Positions 52,762 to 64,000 of a DNA stretch of 64,000 nucleotides are shown piece after piece (the first letter of the stretch is position 1; every line of letters begins with the position of its first letter). The notes under the pieces were generated by a model. That model did no database searches, had not been told where the DNA came from, and was given only the letters and a program-made list of their open reading frames with translations. The stretch is from the human T2T-CHM13v2.0 reference genome, Homo sapiens. The DNA is taken from NCBI RefSeq assembly GCF_009914755.1, contig NC_060927.1; one strand, 5' to 3'. A program made the position numbers and the translations under genes.

Positions 52762-54856
52762 AATAACTATGTCTACATTTGGTGCAGCAGTTGATCAACA
52801 TCATCTAAGAGACAGGCTCGTTCTGCCTTTCCTCTTTGCCATCCTCTGTGTGTTGGTGATGTCACGTCTCTTTGAAACGAGATGAAACCTACAACTCTAA
52901 ACCTTTCATTTATATAGTACAGTGCTCCAAGAAGGTAGGAAGAAAGCAGGGGATTTTACCTTGTGCTACAATTTTTAGAAACATTTTAAATAAAATTTTT
53001 AATTTCCAAATAAAAATTATATACATTTATGGTGTATATCGTCATGTTTTAAAATATGTATAAGTTGTGAAATGGCTAAATCAAGCTAATTAATAAATGT
53101 ATTACCTCATATACTTATTTTTTATGGTGAAAACACTTAAAATCTACTCCCTCAGCAATTTTTAAGAGTATAATACACTGTTATTAACTGTAGCCCCAAT
53201 GTTGTACAATAGATCTCTGGAACTTATTCTTACCATATGACTGAAATTTTCTATCCTCTGATCACCATCTCCCCAATTCCTCTAACCCACTCCAGCCTTT
53301 GGTAACCACCATTCTATTCTATGTCTATGAGTTCAATGTTTTTAGGTTCTACAAAATAAGTGAGATCATGTATTTGTCTGGTGCCTGGCTAATTACACTT
53401 AGGATAATGTATTCCAGGTTCATCCATGTTGTCATAAAGGCTAGAATTTCCTTCTTTTTAAAGGCTGAATAGTATTCCATTTTGTGTATGTGTATATGTA
53501 TGTATACAAATGTGTGTACATACATGCGGTTTTTTGTAATGACTGTACACCAACAGTGGACAACGGTTCCCCTTTCTCTACATTCTCTTTAACACTTGTT
53601 ATCACTGATCTTCTTGATAATAGCCATTCTTGTAGCTATGAGACAATATCTCATTGTGGTTTTAATTTGTATGTCTCTCGTGATTAGTGATTTTGAGCAT
53701 TTTTCTTTTAGTATGCTGTGAAATTTGGTTTGGTAGTATTTTGTTGAGGATATTTGCATCCATGTTCATCAGGGATATTGGCCTGTAATTCTCTTTTCTT
53801 ATAGTGTCCTTGTCTGGTTTGGTATCAGGATAAGCTAGCTGGCCTTGTACAAAGGAGTAGGAAAGCATTCCCTTTTCTTCAATTTTTTGAAAGAGTTTGA
53901 GAAGGATTGGAAATAGATCTTTTAAAGTTTGATAGAATTTAGCAGTGAAACCATTAGGTCTTGGCTTCTCTTTGATGGAAGACTTTTCATTAGTTCCGTC
54001 TCCTTACTCATTATTAGTCTGTTCAGATAGTCCATTTCTTTGTGATTCAGTCTTGGTAGGTTGCATGTGTCTGGAAATGTATCAATTTCTTCCAGACTAT
54101 CCAATTTATTGGCATATAATTTTTCCTAGTAGTCTCATGATCTTTTATATTTCTATGGTATAAGTTATAATGTCTCCTCTTTTCCTTTCTGATTTTATTT
54201 GAGTCATATCTCTTTTTTTTTTTTAGTCTAGCTAAAGATTTGTTGATTTTGCTTATCTTTTTCAAAAATCAACTCTTAATTTTGTTTATCTTTTCTACTG
54301 TTTTTCTAGTCTTATTTCATTTATTTCTGCTCTGGTCTTTATTATTTTCTGCTTTTTGCTAACTTTGGGATTAGTTTGTTCCTGTTTTTCTAGTTCCATG
54401 AAGTGTAGTGCTAGGTTGTTTATTTGGGATCGTTCTCCTTTGTTGATGTATGTAAGTGTTTATTGCTATAAACTTTACTCTTAGAACTGCTTTTGTGGCA
54501 TCCCACCAGTTTGGGTATGTTTCGTTTCCATTTTCATCTCAAGATGTTTTTAAATACCCCTTTTAATTTCTTCCCTTTTAATTCTTTGATTAGATAATTT
54601 AATCCATTTAAATTCAAGGTAATTATTAATATGTAATGACTTACGACTGCCATTTTGTTCATTGTTTTCTGGTTGTTCCATTTTCTTTCTCTCTTGCTGT
54701 CTTCCTTTATGATTAAGAGATTTTCTCTATTGGTATGCTTTCTTTTAAGGTGGGGCATTAAATTTCTTCACTGACTTACTGGTTTTCAAAAGCATGTTGT
54801 TTACTTTATATGTATTTGTGAATTTTCTGGAATTCCTCCTGTTATTTCTGGTTTCC

Positions 54857-54900
<44 letters not shown>
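54857..54900 (+). repeat. (TA)n microsatellite
   Basis: Nearly pure TA run. Confidence 0.95.
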
Positions 54901-54902
<2 letters not shown>

Positions 54903-55811
54903 CATATATTGTGGTAGGAAAAGATACTTGTTATAATTTCAGTCTTCTTAAATTTGTTAAGGCATGTTTTGTGACTGTCTATCTGAATCTATCCTGAAGA
55001 ATGTTTCATGTGCCCTTGAGAAGACTATATTCTGTTGTGGGTTGGAATGTTCTGTATGTTTGTTAGGTCGACTAGGTCTAAAGGGTAGTTTGTCTCGTAT
55101 TTCCTTACTAATTTTCTGTCAGAATTATCTCTCAGTAGCTGAAAATAGGGTATTTAAGTTCATTACTATCATTTTAATTACAGTCTCTCTCTCCCTTTAG
55201 ATCTATTAACATTTGCTTTATATATTTATGTGGTCTAATGTGAAGTACATATAAATTAATATTTTTGTTATAGTCTCTTGATGGACTGACCATTTTATCA
55301 TAAAATGAAATTCTTTGCTTCTTTTTACAGTTTTTGACTTAGAGTTTACTTTATCTGATATTAGTATAATTACTATTCCTGATGTCTTTTGGTTTCCATT
55401 TGCACGGAATATGTTTTTGCATCCCTTCACTTTCAGTCTGTGTGTTCTTACAGCTAAAGTGAGTATCTTCTAAGTAGCATACAGTTGGGTCTCTTTTCTT
55501 ATAATCTACATTCAAGGTAATTATTGATATGTAATGACTCCCTGTTGCCATTTGTTAATTGTTTTCTGGTTATCGCATAGGTTCTTTATTCCTTTCTTCC
55601 TCTCTTGCTGTCTTCCTTTATGATTAAGTGATTTTTCTCTACTGGTATGCTTTGATTTTTTACTATGTATCTTTTGTGCATTTACTATAGATTTTTGCTT
55701 ACCAGGAGGTTTACAAAGAGTATCATATAGTTATGACAGGCTATTTTGAGCTGATAATAACTTTTATTACATTAAAAAACTATGATTTTACTTCACTCTC
55801 TCATTTAAAAT

Positions 55812-55943
55812 TTTGTTGTTTTTGTGGAGATAAGGTCTTACTCTGTTGCCCAGGCTGGTCTTGAACTCCTGAGCTCAAGTGATTCTTCCACCTTGGCTGC
55901 CCAAAGTGTAGAGATTATAGGTGTGAGCTACTGTGACTGGTCC
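55812..55943 (-). mobile_element. FLAM_C / free left Alu monomer in L1
   Basis: Single monomer 'gttgcccaggctggtcttgaactcctgagctcaagtgat...ccaaagtg'; TSD catttaaaat / cattttaaat. Confidence 0.85.
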
Positions 55944-57360
55944 CATTTTAAATATTTGCTGTCACAATTTATATCTTTTTACATTATGTATCCCTTAAAA
56001 TTTATAGTAATGGTTATTACTTTAACCTTCATATTAAAGATATAAATGATTTACACACCATTCTTACAGTATTGAGTGTTCTTGATTTGACTGTGTAATT
56101 ACCAGTGAGCTTCATAATTTCATATGTTTTTTGTTACTAATTAGCTTCATTTTCTTTCAGCTTGAAGAACTCCCTTAAACATTTATTATAAGGCAGGTCT
56201 TGTGGCCGTGAAATCCTTCAGCTTTTATTCATCTGGAAAAGTCTTTATGTGTCCTTTATTTCTAAAGGACAGTTTTGCCAGGTACTTCAGCACTTTAAAT
56301 GTATCATCTCACCCTCTCCTGCCCTGTAAATTCTCTGCTGAGAAATCCACTGCTAGCCTTATGGGAACTCCCTTATATGTTATTTGTTTCTCTTCATTTG
56401 CTTCTTTTAAGATCTCTCTTTGTCCTTGCTTTTTTACAGTTTGATTGTAATATATTTTGGTGTAGTCTTATTTGGATTGAATCTGAATGGAGACATTTCT
56501 TCTACTTTAATATTCATATCTTTCTCCTCATTTTAAAAGTTTTCTGCTATTATTTCTTTAAATAAGCTTTCTACCATTTTGTCTTCTTCTTGAACTCTTA
56601 TAATTTTCTCTTTAGATGCTATCCCATAAATTCTATAAGCTTTAATTGTTTTTTATTCTTTTTTGTTCTTCTCTGACTATATATTTTCAAATCATCTGTC
56701 TTTCACTTCACAGATTATTTTTTTCTGCTTGATTAATTTTGCTGTTGATGCTCTCTACCACAGTTTACATTTCACTCATTGTATTATTAAGGTCTAGAAT
56801 TTCTCTTTAAAAATGTCTTTAATCTGTCTGTTAAATTTCTTGTTCTGGTCGTTTGTGGTTTCTCTGATTTTTTTTGGATTATTTCTCTTTATTTTCTTGA
56901 AGTTTGCTTAGCTTTCTTAAAAAAATAACTATTTTGAATTCTTTGTTATGCAATTTGTATATTGCTATTTCTTTGGGGTCTGCTTCTAGCAGATTGTGTT
57001 CTTTGGTGGTGTTACGTCTTCTTATTTTTGTGTGTTTCTTGTTGCCTTACATTTATGTCTATGCATTAAAGAATTAGGGACTTGTTCCAGTTTTTACAGA
57101 CTCACTTTTTCTGGGTAAGCTCTTTAGTAGTAGTCAGCTTATTTAGAGATTCTAGGCATGTCTCTGGTATAGTCTGAGAGTGAGTTTCCTCCTTGAGTCC
57201 TTAGGTAGTAAGTCTACCCCAGTGGCTCCAGGCTTGGATTTCCTGTAGTAACCCAGCTTGGTGCCTGAATCAGCAGGTATGTTGGCTTGATGCCTGGTTA
57301 CATGCAGTTGAGCCTGAATCCTGGAGCCACTGGGGTAGACTTACTGATCTGGTCCGCAGG

Positions 57361-57938
57361 TATATTAGTCAGAGTTCTCCAGAGGGACAGAGCCAAAAGG
57401 ATATATGTATATATAAAGGAGAGTTTATTAAGGAGAATTGGCTCACCCGATGAAAAGACTAAGTCCCATGATAGGCCATCTGCAAGCTGGGGAAGAGAGA
57501 AGCCAATAGTGTGCCAGTCCAAGTCTGAAAGCCTCAAAATTAGGGAAGCCAACAGTGTAGCCTTCAGTCATGGCCAAAGGCCTGAGAGCTCCCAGGAAGC
57601 TACTGGTGCAAGTCCCAGAGTCCAAAGGCCAAATAACCTACAGTCTGATATCCAAGGGTAGGAGGAGTGGAAGCAAGTGTCCAGCATGGGAAGAAGAAAA
57701 AAGAAGACTCAACAAGCAAAGTTATCCACCTTCTTCCCTCTGCTTTGTTCTAGCTGCTTTGGCAGCCAATTGGATGATGCCCAACCACATTGAAGGTGGG
57801 TCTTTCTTTCCCAGGCAACTGACTCAAATACCAATCTCTTCTGGCAGCTCCCTCACAGACACCCCAGAAGTAATACTTTACTAGCCATCCAGACATCCTT
57901 CAATTCAGTCAAGTTGACACCTAATATTAACCATCCCA
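57361..57938 (-). mobile_element. MLT2B-type ERVL solo LTR inserted in the L1 5' region
   Basis: 'tattagtcagagttctccagagggacaga...caagttgacacctaatattaaccatc'; perfect 5-bp TSD gcagg (57356-57360 and 57939-57943). Confidence 0.9.
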
Positions 57939-59329
57939 GCAGGGATAGGAATAGAGCCTAAGTCCACTAGCATGTGCCTTCAGTCTGAGTCTTTAAGGGC
58001 TTGCCTGGCACTGGGGTGAGCCTGGCACCTGGGCTGAATAGGATAGGCCTGGAACCTGAGTTCTTGAGGGAGTGGCCTGGACCCAGGGTCTGCTGAAGGA
58101 AGCCTGAACCCTGAGTTTTCTGGAACCTGGGACTGCATGGACTGGACAGGAGCCTGGGGCTGGCCTGATGCTGGAACTGGCATGAAGCCTGGGTCTGAGG
58201 GGATTAGTCTGGAGCCTAGGATTCCCAGTGCTTGCCTAGTACCTGGAGCCACTGTGGCTTACCTGAGACTGAGGCTGGGACTATGGGGCCTAGCCTGGAG
58301 CCTTTGCCACTGATAACCTGCCTGGATGTTGGGTTTATACGGTGCTGGCCTAGAGGCTAGGTCTCTGAAGGATGGCCTGGGTCCTAAGGTATTGGGAGGC
58401 TGGCCTGGGACCTGGGTATACAGAGATAGTCCTAAATCCAGGGTCTGTGGGCCTACTCCAATACTAAGGTCTATTGGGACAGATGTAGATTCTGGATATG
58501 CTGGAGCTGGTCTGGACCCAGTAGTGTGTGAGGTGCTGCAGGGTTCAGCCTTAGTACATTGTTAACTAAATAGGTTCAGGATTCCATAAGTGCTGAGAAA
58601 GGGGAATGACTATTGGAAAATAACCAACAGTGTTTGCTATAGGTGCCCAAACCTATGCTATTTTGCCTCCCCCAACATGCCCTGCGGTATTTCCTACAAG
58701 ATACAGTTTTCTTGAAACAAAATTTTTAAAATTATAGACTAAAAGTCAACTCCTATTTATATAATATTTTAAAAGAATTTGTATTCTTTTCTGTGATTAT
58801 AATATTAAAATATTCTTAATATTTTAAAAGAATCTGTGATTCTTGGTCATATGTATGGTTTGTCAGTGCTCATTTGCACATGGCTCTGGGAGAACACACA
58901 GGTTTTCCTGTCGTAAACTTTGTCCCTTCTTTTATATAATTCTTCAGAGGCCAGGACTTGATTCATGAAAATGTATTTGCATCCTGATGATACTTTTTCA
59001 GTTGTCTAGATTCATATATTTTTGGAGAAGCTGAGTCCTAGCAATGACCCCTTCAATGCTCTTGAACTTTGAATGAGGTCATGTCATCAATGCAGCAAAC
59101 ATTACTTGAGTTCATGCTATCTGTTGGGCATTGTGTTGGGTGGGCACAACAACAGGGGGTAGAGTAGAAGATGAAGGGAATGATGAATGTTATAAAGTGT
59201 CCATATATTCAAGTTGCTTAAAATCTAGTGGAGAAGAGAACTGAGGAAACAGACAGATATTAGATGATGGTAGCAAGGTTCTAAACCAATGATGCCCAAA
59301 TATTAAATGTGGGCCCTTTAAACACTATA

Positions 59330-59590
59330 ATTTGAGGAAATTGCAGGCATGTTATAGTTAAACATTGGGACCCTGGAACCAGTCTGAGTTGGCTGCATAT
59401 CCAAACTATCAATGCTCTAGCTGTTTGACCTGGAGCAAAGTTATCGAATGTCTCAGAATCAACTTCCTTCTTTATGTAATAAGACAATTATACATTGGTT
59501 TTTAATGTCATTGTGAGAATTTAATGAGATAATATGTGTAAAGCTGTTGAACACAGAATTACTATTTATAAATCACTTAATAAATACAAA
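59330..59590 (+). mobile_element. MIR SINE
   Basis: 'ctagctgtttgacctggagcaaagttatcgaatgtctcag...ttgtgagaatttaatgagataatatgtgtaaagc'. Confidence 0.7.
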
Positions 59591-60418
59591 TTATATTAAA
59601 ATAGGAAAGAAATCAATTTCAATTTGGGTCTTCAAAGAAGGCTTACAGACTCCCAGTTTATACTCTTAGGGTGGCATCTGTTTTTAAGACCCTGAGACTC
59701 AGGCTTTAAACTGTTGAGAACCCCTCAGGTACAAAAAGACTTATTTGTGTCTGCCTGGAAATTTCTACCTTTCTCCTTTATCTGCTGTTTAACATTCATG
59801 CTTTAGTAGACCAAGACAAGGAAAGCATTAAAACTGTGCCAAGATTTAGTCAATTATAGTAAGGTCTAAGATTTAAACGCTATTTTTTTCATATGCTTTT
59901 TTCCAAGTAGCAGTGTTTTCCAGATAAAATTGAGATTCCTGTTCTGCTTCTCTCCCTTATGACTTTTATTTTTCACACATGGTATGAAAGACTAAGATTT
60001 CATCTGGTATACTTCGTTCCCTTCATTTAGTTCCTAGCCATGATGGAGTATCCCTTCCCATGACCTTTCCTCTCTCCTAATAGTCCCTTACACCATTTCC
60101 ATAATGCATGGCTTGATACTACTTAATTCTGAGTGTTCCAAACAGATGTTCTGGGGAAAGGATTCAGCCATCCATCTGGGCTTGGTCTATACCTCCCATG
60201 GCAGATGGTTAAATTTCATAAGACATTGTTGGAAATCCAGGCTGTGGTATTTTATGCTGTTCTACCCAGTTTCGTATGTTTGATTTTTAAAAAAATCTCC
60301 TGCCGTGATAATTATTAAAAATTAACATTGAAGTTGATTAAATGCAATAAATGTCACATTAAATAGTAAATTTTAAAATTATCAATAAAATATTAACTTA
60401 TAGAAATAAGCTAGATTC

Positions 60419-60774
<356 letters not shown>

Positions 60775-61479
60775 TTATACAGTTTGGTTATGATCACTGG
60801 GGCAAGATTAAACTCTCTTTATAATAGGGAATCTGACACATGAGAAGAATTTCAAGATTTTTTTTTTCCAAACATGGCACCATTCTTACAAAAGGCACAT
60901 GAGATGGAAAGGTTTTATGACCAGTGGTGCTCTAAATGCTGTGGCTGACATACATTACTAGTTTTATCTGTTATTTTTTTATCTATGAGTGAGGCCTCCT
61001 AAACACAATCTTATAAAGCTGAGTCTTTGATAGAAACAATGACAAAATGTATTTACATTATAAGGAGTCCCTTTTGAAAAGTAAAATAATTTTAAGCTTA
61101 AAAACAAAAGTGCTTCTGATTAGCTCCCTTCACCCTTTCAGGGAAGGCAAATTCTATCAATCACGTTGATGAAGAGGCTTTCAATGCAATCTGTTAAGAC
61201 CAAGCTTTGTGGTAGTCACAGGCAATGAACTTAAATTACATCAACTTATCAGCTGAGTTCATTGGAGCATCTCTGTAATCACTCGTGTATGAAGACCCAA
61301 TAAGGCTGAATCGACCTTTTTTTTTTTCTTTCAATTACAAAAATTGGTACAGATTCTTTTGGGACAAACACTCAAACTTTTAAAATATATTTTAAAGTTA
61401 AAGTGAAAATTCAAACTTCCTCCTAAATACCTTTTAGTTGTCGATGGTTATTCTTCAGTAGCTCTTTAAACTGACGTGT

Positions 61480-62345
61480 ATTTAGATACTACTAATAAAA
61501 ACAAAAATGTAGTAAACTGTACACCTCTAAACCCAACAGCCAGCTGCAGAGGCAGAATATTGTCAACACTTTTGAAGCTCTCTTATTCCCCTTTAAAGCA
61601 TCCCCTTTCCATCTCCCAGGGGTAACCCTAATCCAGAATTTTCTACTAAGCATTTCATTGCCTTTATTCATAGTTTTGCCACTTACAGATACCTAAATAT
61701 ATTGTTGACTCATTTTGAACTTTATATCAATGCAAAAGGTACTACAGGTATTTTCATAATCTTTTTGGTTTTGGTCAACATTATGCTTTTTGAGATCCAT
61801 TCATTATGATGTGATTAGCTATAGTTCATTTGATTGTATATAATTCATTTTCTGAATACATTGTGATTGATTTATCCATTTTAATGTTGAAGGGAATGCA
61901 GGCTGTTTCTTGTTTTTACTATATAATGAGCAGTGCTGCTGAATCCCTGTTTTCTTATCCACATGTTGTCTATACCAAGCATTGGTATTGCTGGGTTGTA
62001 GGGTGTAGCATAATCAAATTGTCTAGGCAGATTGTGGCTATATTATAACTTGTGGTTGAACATGAGCCTTTTTTCCTCTTCTGTGAAATGCTGTGCTACC
62101 TTCTCTTCATTTTTATATTGCAATATTTGTCTTTTTCCTTATGATTTGTAGGGTTTCTCTATAGAGCTGGATAATAATCTTTTGTCAGCTCTGTATGTAG
62201 CAAATATCTCCTATCAATTTCTTCATTATATTTCATTTTTATGGTGCCTTTTGATAAACAGCGTTCTTAATCTGAATGCAGTAAAATTCTCTTTAAAATG
62301 AGTAATACATTTTCTGTGTTGTTTGAGAAATTATTTTTTTACCAC
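61480..62345 (-). mobile_element. L1ME-type LINE-1 3' region
   Basis: 'cagaatattgtcaacac...gggtaaccctaatccagaattt...ttttggtcaacattatg...tgtatgtagcaaatatctcct...ttatggtgccttttgataaacag'. Confidence 0.7.
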
Positions 62346-62390
62346 AAGGCAGATGGTGATTGTCTCTTCTTTCGTCTGTCTCCCTTACAG

Positions 62391-63330
62391 GATAATCAAA
62401 GCAAAGAAGCCATTTTTCACCTCTTTTCCATTATAAATTCTCCCTTAGTAATCCTTTTGTGATTTTTGTATTGGAAATTGAGGGTTGGCTAATTGAAGTC
62501 AGATGTTCAGTGCAGAGTGTTGCAGTGTATCCCAATTTGTTGCCTTGTTTCTCTGTTCTCTCTTTGTATGATCTATGGAGACTCCAAAAAGTTATCTGGG
62601 GAAGAACAATGGCACATTTAACTCAGATTCTATTCCAGACAAGCTTATCAAACAATTTCTGTGGAACAAGTACAGTGTTATTCCTGATAGAATTCTGTCG
62701 AGATAGATAGGACACATAGGACTTATCAAAGAGGGAAGCCCGTCACCTTTATTAGTCTGGAACTTCCTTTTCTTCAATCAACAACATATGTGAACCTTCT
62801 TTTCTTGCTAGAAATATAGAATATATCTTCCTTTTGATTTTTGCATAAAGTATAATAATATAGCTTTACAGTAAAGTATTTAAATCTTCCCTTATTAGGA
62901 ACCAAAAGGTGTTTTCCAGTTGTTCTTTAATTTCATAATGATATAATGAATGCAGGTGTATGTAACATAGTGTATATATGTGTATGTGTATATGTACATG
63001 TCAGTATGTATATATCTCCATATGTTTGTGATATGGCTTCCTTATAATTGTATTAGAGAAGTAGAATTGCTATGACTAATGGTATTTTCACTTAAAATTT
63101 TTTTGGAAATGCTAAATTGCCTTATCACCAAAGTTGACAAGGGTATGCTTCATCACACTCTAGCTCACATTAGATACTGTCGCTTAAGTAGACTTTTGTC
63201 AGTTTTAGGGGAAATAGTATTCTTTTGTTCTAATTTGTATTTCTTTTCTCACTGCATTAGCCAACCTCATTTTTGAATGTTTCTCAGCTATTTATAACTT
63301 TTTAACATTTGAGTTCCTTCCATGAATAAA
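62391..63330 (+). ncRNA. Candidate terminal exon of the + strand transcript
   Basis: Strong acceptor tgtctcttctttcgtctgtctcccttacag|G; AATAAA at 63325, with more near 63548 and 63803. The 3' end is a guess. Confidence 0.35.
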
Positions 63331-64000
63331 CGTAGAGTGATAATGTAAAGCAGTGTAACTGAAGAGATGCTTGCCATTTCACTGCAGTTGTATTTTCATC
63401 ATAAGAGCAATAGAATTAAATTTGTATCACCTGCAAAATGGCATTTTTGTGGCTATTTGTACTTCATCTACAAAATCACAAACCTAACCATGCTAAAAAC
63501 AAACAAATTTGGGTTTGCTGCCTGAAACCTTTAGTTGGGTGTTTTAAAATAAAATAAAATAGCAAATATTCAAAACACTTTCACCAGTGTTATCTCATCT
63601 GATCCATTACATCCTTCTAACAAATCGTTAAATCAACAGATGTCAAATTAAACAAAACGAAGCACAACAAAATGCTTATCTATTTATTGCTGCAAAAGTA
63701 CTTAAACAGGTGTCATATATTCAAGATTCTAATCGCTGTTCCAGAGAGCAAGCTTTTAGTGAAAATATTTGTAAGTGTTATGACCAAATGTAACAAAGGC
63801 ATAAATAAAATCCAGGAAAATTATAAAATTCAAATTAAGAGGAAACACTAAGGAAAGTATAAAGGTATCTTAACTTTCCTGGTAATGTTCTGTTTCTGAA
63901 GCTGGATGATATCAACACAAGTATTTACATATATGCTTTATAATTTCTCATATTTGTAAAATACTTTTTAAAAATTAAAACCTCAGTGCTTTTTTTTTTT

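Larger units (their letters stand above)
52997..58560 (-). mobile_element. L1MA6-8-like LINE-1: large, internally deleted, decayed copy
   Basis: L1MA 3' UTR at 53.0-53.5 kb; ORF2 remnants (KENYRPISLMNMDANILNKIL in 53662-53868, LPRLNHKE in 53922-54104, endonuclease-like ANGNQK...ILISDK in 55218-55430); ORF1-like region at about 56.1-57.1 kb; GC-rich degenerate 'ggcctggagcctggg' 5' region at 57.1-58.56 kb. Confidence 0.88.

Noticed and set aside
53662-55551. Reverse-transcriptase- and endonuclease-like ORFs
   Set aside because: Frameshifted, stop-ridden remnants of an old L1MA ORF2; not an active or novel retroelement.
57100-58560. GC-rich region resembling a promoter or minisatellite
   Set aside because: CpG-poor degenerate repeats contiguous with the L1 and split by MLT2; best explained as the old L1 5' region.
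63300-63480. Minus-strand FAGDTNL resembling the CR1/L3 RT motif FADDTKL, and a possible small exon
   Set aside because: A 7-residue match with no extended homology visible, and the donor (CAG|GTGATA) is weak; an nhmmer search would be needed.

Overview
This is AT-rich primate genomic DNA, almost certainly human, because it carries an AluYa5 with all five diagnostic substitutions. Much of it is interspersed repeat: about 14 Alus, old L1M/L1PA copies, L2/MIR, MaLR/ERV1/ERVL LTRs, and hAT and Tigger DNA transposons. I saw no CpG island, rRNA, tRNA or CRISPR array. Almost all ORFs in the supplied track are chance or repeat-derived. The exception is 43901-44212 (-), which looks like the 3'-terminal coding exon of a gene I cannot name: a branch point, pyrimidine tract and AG abut a protein-like 103-codon frame, followed by a stop and an AATAAA. 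A candidate + strand spliced transcript (43341-43417, 44977-45150, 62391 onward) straddles that exon in antisense and keeps one reading frame across its junctions. Next to it is a dense AP-1 motif cluster (10 perfect TGASTCA plus one CRE in 3.8 kb). Other notable structures are a young AluYa5, a probable L1 3' transduction, a three-level LTR16/MER4/MADE1 nest, a tight inverted Alu pair, a Gypsy-like solo LTR and several local duplication scars. No new biological system can be demonstrated from sequence alone; the 43-50 kb exon/antisense/enhancer module is the best lead. Repeat subfamily names come from my recall of consensus sequences, not a RepeatMasker run, and the boundaries of old elements are approximate.
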